From an uncultured Candidatus Saccharibacteria bacterium (GTDB taxonomy: Bacteria; Patescibacteriota; Minisyncoccia; Portnoybacterales; UBA2143), in the NCBI GenBank assembly GCA_964517275.1, contig CAZFBL010000001.1, positions 14,144-78,143 on the forward strand: DNA of 64,000 bases. Reading direction: 5' to 3'. Shown one piece after another: positions 1 through 8,831 of this stretch. Under the pieces are notes generated by a model. The model worked only from the letters and a program-made list of their open reading frames with translations, did not search any database and was not told where the DNA came from. Numbering within the stretch: position 1 is the first letter of the stretch; each line of letters opens with the position of its first letter. The position numbers and the translations under genes are program-made.

Positions 1-410
1 AAATACCTCCTTAAAGCGACCCTTGCCAGATTGTCTAAAGGTATGCTTAATTGTCTAGGATTTTTAAAGGTAAACTCGTCACCTTCAAGATAATCGGTAA
101 TCTGCCCTCTAATTTCACAAAGGAATATCTCTATAAGCCAACCGTGAGTTCCTTTGGGACCACCTCTGTCTCCTGGAATCGTGCCTAAAGAGAAAACTAC
201 CTTTATCTCTGTTAAACCAGCTAGTTCTTCAAGCATTTCTCGTAAAATAGCCGCCTCAGCCGTAACGTCGTCAGATTCCATGGTGCCAGTAGGCACAGTC
301 CAACATTTAGCACCTCTGTTGTGGACAAATAAAATTTCCCCTTTCTTATTTTGCAATAAGCCAGCCACGCCGGCAGCCGGCCTAAACGTCTTTCCTGTAT
401 GTATTCCCAT
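1..410 (-). CDS. NUDIX hydrolase, partial: N-terminus at 410, C-terminus runs past position 1
   Basis: The minus-strand frame from the ATG at 408-410 stays open to the window edge. The translation MGIHTGKTFRPAAGVAGLLQNKKGEILFVHNRGAKCWTVPTGTMESDDVTAEAAILREMLEELAGL... carries a Nudix-box-like G-x5-(E/D)-x7-REx2EExG. It is absent from the ORF track because there is no in-window stop. Confidence 0.5.
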   Translation of the reverse strand, partial: MGIHTGKTFRPAAGVAGLLQNKKGEILFVHNRGAKCWTVPTGTMESDDVTAEAAILREMLEELAGLTEIKVVFSLGTIPGDRGGPKGTHGWLIEIFLCEIRGQITDYLEGDEFTFKNPRQLSIPLDNLARVALRRY

Positions 411-536
411 GGCAAACCTCTTTTCATTCCCAAAAGGTCTATTCTTCTAACCAAAAATTATCCAAAGAACTATTCTACTTTAATATCCTAATTATATTCT
501 TTACACCCAGCCAGTCAAGATAATACAATAAAAACC

Positions 537-2006
537 ATGGAAATAAATCAATTCTTAGAAGAATTAAAGAAAATTAATCCTCACCTCGACTTTGACTTGA
601 TTGAGAAGGCTTGCTTCTTCGCCCAAGAAAAATATCGGGGTCTGGTCCGTCTTTCCGGTCAAACCTATTTTGCTCATTGCCTAGAGGTCGCTCTAGACTT
701 AGCTAAGATGAAATTAGACTCAACCAGCGTAGCGACCGCTGTCCTTCACGAAACCATAGAAAGAGCTGGAGTGGCTAAAGAAGAAGTTAAAAAAGAATTT
801 GGGCCGGAGATTGCTTTTTTGGTCGAAGGGGTAACCAATGTCGGTAAAATAGAACACCAGAAAGCGGCCCGAAGCATAGAGAATCTACGCAAGTTGTTCT
901 TGGTTATGGCCCAAGATGTTCGAGTCGTCATCATCAAATTAGTCAACCGTCTTCACAGTTTAAAAACACTTTCGGTCTTCCCGACAGAAAAACAAAAAAG
1001 ATTAGCGCTGGAGACTCTGGAAATTTACGCTCCTTTGGCTTATCGTTTAGGAATCGGCGAACTCAAAGGACAACTGGAAGATTTAGCTTTTGCTCACGCT
1101 TATCCTCAGGAGTATCAGAAACTGACCGGCCAAGTTAAAAATAGATATGAGCAAAGCGAAAAATACCTTAAAAAAATCATTCCTCTAGTTAAAAAAGTTT
1201 TGGTTCGAGAAGGAATCAAGGTGATTGAAATTCACGCTCGCGCTAAACACTATTATAGTCTGTACAAAAAACTGCAGCGTTATGAGATGGATTGGCACAG
1301 AATTTATGACTTAGTCGCTCTTCGAGTTATTGTCCCTGATGTTGAAAGTTGTTACGCCGCTTTAGGAATTATTCATAAGAAGTGGAAGCCGCTGATCGGC
1401 CGGATTAAGGACTATATCGCTATTTCCAAGCCTAACGGCTATCAATCTCTCCACACGACTGTCTTTTGCCAGAGCGGAAAGATTACCGAATTCCAAATCC
1501 GGACACCGGAAATGCATCGAGAAGCTGAATATGGAATTGCCGCCCATTGGTTCTACAGCGAGAAGAAAGGTTTGACTGACTATATTAAAGAAAAAATCTT
1601 AAAGCAAAAACCGAGCAAGGAACAAAAAAAAGAATTTATCTGGGTTAAGCAACTTCAAGAATGGCAGAAAGATGGGTTTGACTCGACTAAAGATTTTCTT
1701 GATTCCTTAAAAATAGATTTTTTGAAAGACCGCATCTTCGTTTTTACTCCTAAAGGCGATGTTATTGACTTACCCGAGGGAGCCACCCCGATTGACTTTG
1801 CCTATCAAGTCCATACCGATATCGGGCACCAGTGCACCGGAGCCAAGGTAGACGGCAAACTCAGTTCGCTTTCCCAGCCGCTACGAAATGGCCAGGTAGT
1901 TGAAATTATTATCCAGAAAAACAAAAAGCCAAAGAGAGATTGGCTTGATTTTGTCAAAACTAACCTAGCTAGAGAGAGAATCAGAGCAGCTCTAAAAAAA
2001 GATTAG
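537..2006 (+). CDS. rel: RelA/SpoT-family (p)ppGpp synthetase/hydrolase homologue, short form (489 aa, TGS domain, no ACT)
   Basis: N-terminal HD-like region (AHCLEV...LHETIE). Synthetase motif RAKHYYSLYKKL...DLVALRVIV. TGS-like IFVFTPKGDVIDLPEGATPIDFAY. Confidence 0.8.
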   Translation: MEINQFLEELKKINPHLDFDLIEKACFFAQEKYRGLVRLSGQTYFAHCLEVALDLAKMKLDSTSVATAVLHETIERAGVAKEEVKKEFGPEIAFLVEGVTNVGKIEHQKAARSIENLRKLFLVMAQDVRVVIIKLVNRLHSLKTLSVFPTEKQKRLALETLEIYAPLAYRLGIGELKGQLEDLAFAHAYPQEYQKLTGQVKNRYEQSEKYLKKIIPLVKKVLVREGIKVIEIHARAKHYYSLYKKLQRYEMDWHRIYDLVALRVIVPDVESCYAALGIIHKKWKPLIGRIKDYIAISKPNGYQSLHTTVFCQSGKITEFQIRTPEMHREAEYGIAAHWFYSEKKGLTDYIKEKILKQKPSKEQKKEFIWVKQLQEWQKDGFDSTKDFLDSLKIDFLKDRIFVFTPKGDVIDLPEGATPIDFAYQVHTDIGHQCTGAKVDGKLSSLSQPLRNGQVVEIIIQKNKKPKRDWLDFVKTNLARERIRAALKKD

Positions 2007-2011
2007 TTACT

Positions 2012-2917
2012 TTAGAATTTTAACAAATAGTTAACCAATTTATCTAATTCTTTTTGGTCGGTAAATTCAATCCTTAAATAACCGTGACCTTCCCTTTGAG
2101 TAATACTAACCCGCCGGCCCAAGGCCTCAGTCAGGCCTTTTTCTTTTTCCTTAAAAAGAATATTTTTCGGACCGCTAGCATAAGGTCTAGGAACAGCCAA
2201 CTGCCTCGCTTTTTCTTCGGCTCCTCGAACATCTAAATTTCCTCTAATAATCGCTTGGTAGATAGAAGAACGGGCAGCCGGTTTAGCCATTAGAATAGCC
2301 CGGCCATGTCCTTCGCTAATTCGCCCGCCAGCCAGCGCTTTTTGGGCCTGCGGCGGCAAGGTTAATAATCTTAAAGTATTAGTTACCGTCACCCGACTTT
2401 TGCCTACCTTTTGAGCAATCTGGCTGTGTTTTAATTTAAAATCCTGATGGAGTTGCTTAAAGGCCCGAGCCGCTTCCATCGGATTGAGATTTTCTCTTTG
2501 GAGATTTTCGACCAAGGCTAACTCTAATTTTTCGTAAGCCGAGCTGTCCCGAATAATGACCGGCACTTGAGGCAGGCCGACCATTTTGGCCGCTCGCCAT
2601 CTCCGCTCGCCGGCCACCAGTTCATATTCCACCTGACGTCCCCAGTCAGTCGAGCGCTCAATCTTAGTGACAATCAATGGCTGAAGAATACCGTGTTCTC
2701 TGATAGAACCAGACATCTCTTTTAAGCCCTCCTCGGACATCTCCTTCCGCGGCTGATGAGGGTTAGGTTTAATCTTATCAATTTCCACATTAAAAATACT
2801 CTCCTTCTTCGGCTCCAACCAGCTTTTTTTCCGGCTGCCATTGGTAAGCAGTTGAGCCATCTTTGGCTCTTTTTTAGGAATAAGCGATTGTAGGCCTTTG
2901 CCTAAAGTTTTTCTCAT
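2012..2917 (-). CDS. parB: ParB/Spo0J chromosome partitioning protein
   Basis: GKGLQSLIP N-terminal motif, ELVAGERRWRAAK ParB box, HTH region. Confidence 0.85.
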   Translation of the reverse strand: MRKTLGKGLQSLIPKKEPKMAQLLTNGSRKKSWLEPKKESIFNVEIDKIKPNPHQPRKEMSEEGLKEMSGSIREHGILQPLIVTKIERSTDWGRQVEYELVAGERRWRAAKMVGLPQVPVIIRDSSAYEKLELALVENLQRENLNPMEAARAFKQLHQDFKLKHSQIAQKVGKSRVTVTNTLRLLTLPPQAQKALAGGRISEGHGRAILMAKPAARSSIYQAIIRGNLDVRGAEEKARQLAVPRPYASGPKNILFKEKEKGLTEALGRRVSITQREGHGYLRIEFTDQKELDKLVNYLLKF

Positions 2918-2988
2918 AATTTTTAAACCTATTGAAGTCTGTTAAAGTCAGTCTTCAACAGAACTTCAACAGAAATGACCTTACTTTT

Positions 2989-3774
2989 TTATTCCTCTAA
3001 CTTAATTATTTCCTGGGCTAATTGCCGATAGGCCCGCGCCCCCCTGGAATGCGGGTCATATTGAAGAATCGACTGACCAAAGCTGGGCGCCTCGGCTAAT
3101 CTGACACAACGAGGGATAATAGCCTCAAAAACATAGCTATTAAAATTTCTTTCCATTTCTTTGCGAACCTGACGGGAAAGTTTATTGCGACGGTCATACA
3201 TAGTCAATAGAGCGCCTTTAATTTTAGTCGGGCTATTCAGATTTTCCTGAACTAATTCAACTGTTCTTAAAAGCTGGCCCAATCCTTCCAAAGCGTAATA
3301 TTCGCACTGAACCGGAATAATTACCTGGTCGGCGGCTACCAAGCCGTTGATGGTCAAGAGGCCTAAGCTAGGCGGGCAATCAACCAAGATATAGTCATAA
3401 TCTGTTCTGATTCGGCGGAGCAATTCATAAAGCTTGAATTCCCGATTGGCTTGAGAAACCAATTCAACGGTCGCCCCGGCCAAATCAGAAGAAGCCGGCA
3501 TTACGTCGCAGCCAAAAGAAGCAGTCCGCCGAATTATTTCTTCCGGCAACAGACCACCGATTAAAGAATGATATAGATTCAAAGGAACATTTTGAGGATC
3601 AAGGCCAATACCGGAAGTGGCATTAGCCTGCGGGTCAATATCAACTAAAAGAACGTACTTACCCAGAGCGGCTAAGTAACCAGATAAATTGATGGCCGTA
3701 GTTGATTTTCCAACACCGCCTTTTTGATTAACCAAGCTGATTATTTGAGCCATGTTTAATATATTATACTCCAA
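2989..3774 (-). CDS. parA: ParA/Soj partitioning ATPase
   Basis: Deviant Walker A KGGVGKSTTAINL. Adjacent to parB. Confidence 0.9.
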   Translation of the reverse strand: MEYNILNMAQIISLVNQKGGVGKSTTAINLSGYLAALGKYVLLVDIDPQANATSGIGLDPQNVPLNLYHSLIGGLLPEEIIRRTASFGCDVMPASSDLAGATVELVSQANREFKLYELLRRIRTDYDYILVDCPPSLGLLTINGLVAADQVIIPVQCEYYALEGLGQLLRTVELVQENLNSPTKIKGALLTMYDRRNKLSRQVRKEMERNFNSYVFEAIIPRCVRLAEAPSFGQSILQYDPHSRGARAYRQLAQEIIKLEE

Positions 3775-3821
3775 TTTTTTCTAATTGACAATAAGGTAAT
3801 TTTAAGAGAGAATAAAAATAA

Positions 3822-3908
3822 GCCGAAGTGGTGAAATTGGAAAACACGCAGCACTCAAAATGCTGTGGGCGCAAGCCCTTGTGGGTTCGAGTCCCACCTT
3901 CGGCACCA
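3822..3908 (+). tRNA. tRNA-Leu(CAA), 87 nt with long variable arm and encoded CCA
   Basis: Acceptor GCCGAAG/CTTCGGC. Anticodon stem CAGCA/TGCTG with loop CTCAAAA (anticodon CAA). Long extra arm. T-arm GGTTCGAGTCC. 3' GCACCA. Confidence 0.8.
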
Positions 3909-3910
3909 TT

Positions 3911-3942
3911 AAAAATCCCCCGCCATACTACGAGGGATTTTT
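3911..3942. terminator. Bidirectional intrinsic terminator between tRNA-Leu and tsaC
   Basis: AAAAATCCC...GGGATTTTT stem with A-run and T-run on either side. Confidence 0.5.
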
Positions 3943-4585
3943 ATATCTTCAACAGTTTCAATAAATCTTTTTTGCTGGCCGGGCCGACCCGCGAAATCTT
4001 CGGCTGTTGGCCGGTTAAATCCAAAATGGTTGATGGCTGATTATTCGGCAATTGACCGGCGTCCAAGATTAAATCTGGCCGGGGATAGGCCTTGTCAAAA
4101 ATTTTAACAACTTCAGCGGCCGAACTTAAAGGCGGCTGGCCGGAAAAATTAGCCGAAGTAGCCGTCAGCGGCTCTTCCAGCTCAGCCATTAAAGTTCGGG
4201 CTAAGCGGCAATCAGCAATGCGTAAACCGATTGTCTTTTTGCCGGCCGTTAAAAAATCGGGAACAATTTCCCGCTTTTTCAAAATAACCGTCACCGGACC
4301 AGGCCAGATAGCCGCTAGCACTTTCTCCGTTCGCCGGTCAACAAAAGCCAATTCTTTAGCCATCGCCAAGTCGCGAACAATGACCGGAACCGGTTTCGTG
4401 GCCGGCCTTTTTTTGATTTTAAAAAGCCGCTCAACGGCCGGCTCTCTCAAGGCATTAACCCCTAAACCATAAACTGTATCAGTCGGGTAAACGACTGCTC
4501 CGTTTCTTTGAACGACGGTTATCGTCTTCTGAATAATTTCCGAACTCGGTAAATCGGTTGATAAATCGATTTTAATAATTTCCAT
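3941..4585 (-). CDS. tsaC: L-threonylcarbamoyladenylate synthase (YrdC/Sua5 family)
   Basis: VVYPTDTVYGLGVNA YrdC signature. Confidence 0.85.
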   Translation of the reverse strand: MEIIKIDLSTDLPSSEIIQKTITVVQRNGAVVYPTDTVYGLGVNALREPAVERLFKIKKRPATKPVPVIVRDLAMAKELAFVDRRTEKVLAAIWPGPVTVILKKREIVPDFLTAGKKTIGLRIADCRLARTLMAELEEPLTATSANFSGQPPLSSAAEVVKIFDKAYPRPDLILDAGQLPNNQPSTILDLTGQQPKISRVGPASKKDLLKLLKI

Positions 4586-4588
4586 TAT

Positions 4589-6991
4589 CTAAACAACTAA
4601 ATTAACTAAGCGGTTGGGAATATATATCACTTTTTCCGGCTTCTTACCAGCTAACCACTTCTTAACTTTCTCTTGAGAGAGAGCCAATTTTTTAACCTCT
4701 TCCTCGCTAATACCTTTTTTAACTTCTATTTTATCCCTGACCTTGCCGTTGACTTGAATAATCAACTGCCAGCTTTCTTCTTCAGATAATTTCTGGTCAG
4801 CTTGGGGCCATTTTTCTAAAAAGATACTCTTCTGATGGCCCAGTTTTTCCCATAATTCCTCGGATAAATGAGGAGCCAGTGGGGCTAGCAAATAAAGGAA
4901 GATTTCCGCTTCCTTTTTGGCCAGAATTTGCTTGTCGGCAACCCAAAGATTAGTAAATTCCATAAAAGAGGCAACGGCTGTGTTAAATTTCATCGCCTCT
5001 AAATCGCCGCTAACCTTCTTAATTAATTGATGGATTTTGGATAATAATTCTTTACTAGTCTGCGAGCCGATTTTCTGCTGGTCATCGAATATTTGCCAAA
5101 TTCGATTAAGGAAACGATAGCAGCCTTGGACTCCTTCGGTGCTCCAATTAATCATTTGAGCAAAAGGGCCCATAAACATTTCATAAATTCTCAAAGTATC
5201 GGCTCCGTACTCGCTTACGACATCATCTGGCCGAATAACATTGCCGAAACTCTTACTCATTTTCCGCCCATCTTCAGCTAAAACCACTCCGTGAGAATAA
5301 CGACGCTGATAAGGTTCAATGGTTGGCACTATTTTCAGGTCATATAAAAATTTATGCCAGAAGCGGGAATAAAGTAAATGGAGAGTGGTATGTTCCATGC
5401 CGCCATTATACAAATCAACCGGCAACCAGTATTTTAATTTTTTAAAATCAGCCAATTCTTTATCATTTTTCGGGTCAAGGTATCTCAAAAAATACCAAGA
5501 TGAACCGGCCCAATTAGGCATAGTATCAGTTTCTCTATGGGCTGACCGGCCGCACTTCGGACATTTGGTTTCCACCCAATCTTTAATTTTAGCCAAAGGA
5601 GACTGGCCGGTCTCGCTCGGCTGATATTTTTCAACCGGCGGCAATTTCACCGGTAAATCCTTATCCGGTACGGCCACCGCCCCGCATTTCGGACAATGAA
5701 TAATCGGAATCGGCTCGCCCCAATAATGCTGGCGGGAAAATATCCAATCGCGTAGTTTGTACTGAATTGTTTTTCGGCCTGATTTGTTCTTGGCCAGCCA
5801 CTCGGTAATCTTTTTAATCGCCTCTTGAGAAGACAAGCCGTTAAACCGGTCAGAATTAACTAATTGGCCATATTCGGTGTAGGGCTCTTCAGAAATGTTC
5901 CCGCCGCTAATGACTTCTCGAATCTCCAGACCATATTTTTTAGCAAAAGCATAATCTCTTTTGTCATGAGCCGGGACAATCATGACCGCCCCGCCGCCAT
6001 AAGTGGCAATCACGTAATCACTGACCCAAATCGGTATTTTTTCCTGATTAATCGGATTCAAACAATAGGAACCGAGAAAAACACCGGTCTTTTCCTTATC
6101 TAATTGAGTTCTCTCAAACTCGCTTTTCTTTTTGGAAGCCAAGACGTATTTTTTAACCTCTTCTTTATGTTCTGGGCTGGTTAACTTATCCAATAAAGGG
6201 TGCTCGGGAGCGATAATCATAGCGGTGATGCCGAAAATAGTATCAACTCGGGTAGTAAAAACAGTAATCATATCCTTTGAATCAACGACCGGGAAATTAA
6301 TTTCGGTACCATAACTGCGGCCAATCCAGTTAATCTGTTGTCTTTTAATTTTTTCCAAATAATCAACTTTTTCCAAATCGTCAATTAACCGGTCAGCATA
6401 GGCGGTGATTTTAAGCATCCATTGCTTAAGAGTTCTCTGCTCGGTCTGAGCCCCACAGCGCTCGCATTTGCCGCCGATAACTTCTTCGTTGGCTAAACCG
6501 ATTTTACAGCTGGGACACCAGTTAATCGGCATTTCCGACTGATAAGCCAAACCTTTTTTGAAAAACTGGAGGAATATCCACTGGGACCAACGGTAATACT
6601 TCGGGTCGGTCGTGTTAATCTCCCGTGACCAATCAAAAGAAAGACCTAAGGAATTCATCTGTTTTTTAAAAACCTTAATGTTATCTTCAGTCACTTTGGC
6701 TGGATGAATGCCGGTCTTGATGGCGTAATTTTCGGTCGGCAAACCAAAAGCGTCCCAGCCCATCGGATAGAGCACATTAAAACCTTCCATTCTTTTCTTA
6801 CGAGCCAGGGCGTCTAAGGCCACGTAACTGCGAACGTGGCCAACGTGGAGGCCATCGCCCGAAGGATAGGGGAATTCAACCATCAGATATTTCTTTGGTT
6901 TTTTGGAAAAATCCTCGGCCTGGTAGATTTTCTGCTTAGCCCATTTCTGCTGCCATTTTTTTTCAATTTTCTGCGGATTATATTTAGACAT
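4589..6991 (-). CDS. leuS: Leucyl-tRNA synthetase
   Basis: HIGH region FPYPSGDGLHVGHVRSY. KMSKS as KMSKSFGN. 800 aa. Confidence 0.95.
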   Translation of the reverse strand: MSKYNPQKIEKKWQQKWAKQKIYQAEDFSKKPKKYLMVEFPYPSGDGLHVGHVRSYVALDALARKKRMEGFNVLYPMGWDAFGLPTENYAIKTGIHPAKVTEDNIKVFKKQMNSLGLSFDWSREINTTDPKYYRWSQWIFLQFFKKGLAYQSEMPINWCPSCKIGLANEEVIGGKCERCGAQTEQRTLKQWMLKITAYADRLIDDLEKVDYLEKIKRQQINWIGRSYGTEINFPVVDSKDMITVFTTRVDTIFGITAMIIAPEHPLLDKLTSPEHKEEVKKYVLASKKKSEFERTQLDKEKTGVFLGSYCLNPINQEKIPIWVSDYVIATYGGGAVMIVPAHDKRDYAFAKKYGLEIREVISGGNISEEPYTEYGQLVNSDRFNGLSSQEAIKKITEWLAKNKSGRKTIQYKLRDWIFSRQHYWGEPIPIIHCPKCGAVAVPDKDLPVKLPPVEKYQPSETGQSPLAKIKDWVETKCPKCGRSAHRETDTMPNWAGSSWYFLRYLDPKNDKELADFKKLKYWLPVDLYNGGMEHTTLHLLYSRFWHKFLYDLKIVPTIEPYQRRYSHGVVLAEDGRKMSKSFGNVIRPDDVVSEYGADTLRIYEMFMGPFAQMINWSTEGVQGCYRFLNRIWQIFDDQQKIGSQTSKELLSKIHQLIKKVSGDLEAMKFNTAVASFMEFTNLWVADKQILAKKEAEIFLYLLAPLAPHLSEELWEKLGHQKSIFLEKWPQADQKLSEEESWQLIIQVNGKVRDKIEVKKGISEEEVKKLALSQEKVKKWLAGKKPEKVIYIPNRLVNLVV

Positions 6992-6992
6992 G

Positions 6993-7856
6993 TTAAATAT
7001 TAAATAATTCCCGGGCGCTTTTAGTTGTTTGTCCGGCCACCTCGGCTAACTTTATTCCCTTAATCTCGGCAATTTTCTCGGCAACCAGCTTAACGTAAAG
7101 CGGTTCGTTACGTTTACTCCGATGAGGAAACGGGGTTAGATAAGGACAATCGGTTTCTAATAAAATTCTATCTAAGGGAAGATTTTTAATAACCTTGTCA
7201 TAATCGCGAGCGTAAGTGATTAAACCATTAAATCCGAAATAAAAGCCCATACTCATTAATTTTTCGGCCTGCGACCAGCGGCCCATAAAGCAATGAAGCA
7301 CTCCCCTAATCTTTTTATTACCGGCACCCGGACAACTAAAAGGACAATTAAGACAGCTATTTGACAAACAGTCTAAAATTTCAATCAAATCATCATAAGC
7401 CTTGCGGCAATGAAAAATTACCGGCTTATCTGTTTGTTGGGCCAATTCTAACTGTTCCAATAAAACTTGCTTTTGCTTATCCTTAGCTTCCTGACTGATT
7501 CCATCGCCATATTCCAAACCGATTTCGCCCATAGCTATCGCCTTAGGATTAGCCAATAGTTTCTGGTATTTTTCCGGCTCAAACTCTTCCAATTCCCGAC
7601 TTTCATCTTGAGCGCCTCTGTCTTGTTCAAGATTATCCTGATGAACGTGGCTGGGGTGAATGCCAACGGCTGCATAAACTCCCTCTTTATATTTTTGAGC
7701 ATATTCAACCGCCCGCCGGCTGGTACTATATTGAGCGCCAACATTAACTAGCCAGACATTTTCCTTCAAGGTCCGTTTGATTACCTGGTCGCCATCTTCT
7801 TTATAAGCGTTAAAATTAATATGAGCGTGGCTGTCAATTAAAAAAGGCTTAGCCAT
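6993..7856 (-). CDS. tatD: TatD-family metal-dependent hydrolase/DNase
   Basis: DSHAHINF, GEIGLEYG, IFHCRKA, ETDCPYL motifs. Confidence 0.8.
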   Translation of the reverse strand: MAKPFLIDSHAHINFNAYKEDGDQVIKRTLKENVWLVNVGAQYSTSRRAVEYAQKYKEGVYAAVGIHPSHVHQDNLEQDRGAQDESRELEEFEPEKYQKLLANPKAIAMGEIGLEYGDGISQEAKDKQKQVLLEQLELAQQTDKPVIFHCRKAYDDLIEILDCLSNSCLNCPFSCPGAGNKKIRGVLHCFMGRWSQAEKLMSMGFYFGFNGLITYARDYDKVIKNLPLDRILLETDCPYLTPFPHRSKRNEPLYVKLVAEKIAEIKGIKLAEVAGQTTKSARELFNI

Positions 7857-7937
7857 ATTTAAAAATATAATAGCTTATTTGATGACTCTTTTCAAGTGAT
7901 AGATTATATTATAAGATGAGTTGGAACAACTTGTTTT

Positions 7938-8684
7938 ATGGCTGACTATATTTTTTTAGGCGTTCTTCAGGGAATATTTGAATGGATTCCCATTTCCAGC
8001 GAGGGCATTGTCGCTCTGGCCAGTCATTTTTTAATTGAAGAAATTAATCCGATTGATATTGCCTTATTTTTACATCTAGGCACTTTTTTAGCTGTACTCA
8101 TTTATTTCAGAAAAGACTGGCTGGAAATTCTTTCGTTTAAAAATCTTCCCCTGCTCCGTTTTCTAATTATTGCCACCCTTATTTCTTTGGCTGTCGGCTA
8201 CCCTTTTTATAAAATGATCAGCCAAGCAACCAGCGGAGCCATTCTCTTATTCATTGTCGGCCTGGGTTTATTGCTAACTGCCCAAGCTCACAAATTCAAA
8301 AAGTCATTTAGTTTAGGTTCAGCCAAAAATCTAAATAAATTGGCTGTTTTGACCGGCTTTTTACAAGGTCTGGCTGTTATTCCCGGTCTTTCCCGTTCTG
8401 GAGCAACCATTTTTGGTCTGTCTTTAGGCCAGTTATCGCCAAGACAAATTCTCAAAATATCCTACATAATGTCCGCTCCTTTGGTTTTGGTTTCCAGCGC
8501 TTATCTTTTTTGGCAGAATCACCTTCTAATAGCTGGTTGGCCCTCGCTGGCGGCCAGTTTTCTGGTTGGCCTGGCCAGTTTATCTCTTTTAATGAAATTG
8601 GCTGAAAAAATAAACTTCTATCGTTTCGCTTTGATTTTCGCCTTACTTTGTTTTATGGGCGGCTTCATCGGTTTAGTTATTTAA
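7938..8684 (+). CDS. uppP: Undecaprenyl-diphosphatase (BacA/UppP)
   Basis: LQGIFEWIPISSEG matches the GxxQGxxEFLPISSSG motif. Polytopic membrane protein. Confidence 0.8.
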   Translation: MADYIFLGVLQGIFEWIPISSEGIVALASHFLIEEINPIDIALFLHLGTFLAVLIYFRKDWLEILSFKNLPLLRFLIIATLISLAVGYPFYKMISQATSGAILLFIVGLGLLLTAQAHKFKKSFSLGSAKNLNKLAVLTGFLQGLAVIPGLSRSGATIFGLSLGQLSPRQILKISYIMSAPLVLVSSAYLFWQNHLLIAGWPSLAASFLVGLASLSLLMKLAEKINFYRFALIFALLCFMGGFIGLVI

Positions 8685-8712
8685 AAAACAGGCCGAGACC
8701 GGCCTGTTTTTT
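8683..8712. terminator. Bidirectional intrinsic terminator (AAAAAACAGGCC-GAGACC-GGCCTGTTTTTT)
   Basis: Perfect GC-rich hairpin flanked by an A-run and a T-run, between convergent uppP and metG. Confidence 0.6.
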
Positions 8713-8713
8713 A

Positions 8714-8796
8714 GGAAAAGGCCTGGCCTTGCCCAACTCAGACTGTAATTACTAGTTAGTTCTGAAAATTTTAGCCGGAAAGGCCAGGCCTTTTCC
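8714..8796. repeat. Conserved stem-loop intergenic element, copy A: 15-bp perfect stem GGAAAAGGCCTGGCC/GGCCAGGCCTTTTCC around a 53-nt conserved loop
   Basis: Near-identical copy at 56208..56290. A stem mismatch in one copy is matched by a compensatory change in the other. Confidence 0.6.
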
Positions 8797-8831
8797 TACG
8801 GCCTGTTTTTAAAAATGAAACTATAAAGGAT

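Noticed and set aside
154-450. 98-aa plus-strand ORF, and the 77-aa minus-strand ORF at 221..454
   Set aside because: Low-complexity translations. The same DNA encodes a well-formed NUDIX hydrolase on the minus strand in another frame (ATG at 408-410, open to the window edge).
4092-4472. 126-aa plus-strand ORF inside tsaC
   Set aside because: Antisense shadow of a confidently assigned YrdC/Sua5 gene.
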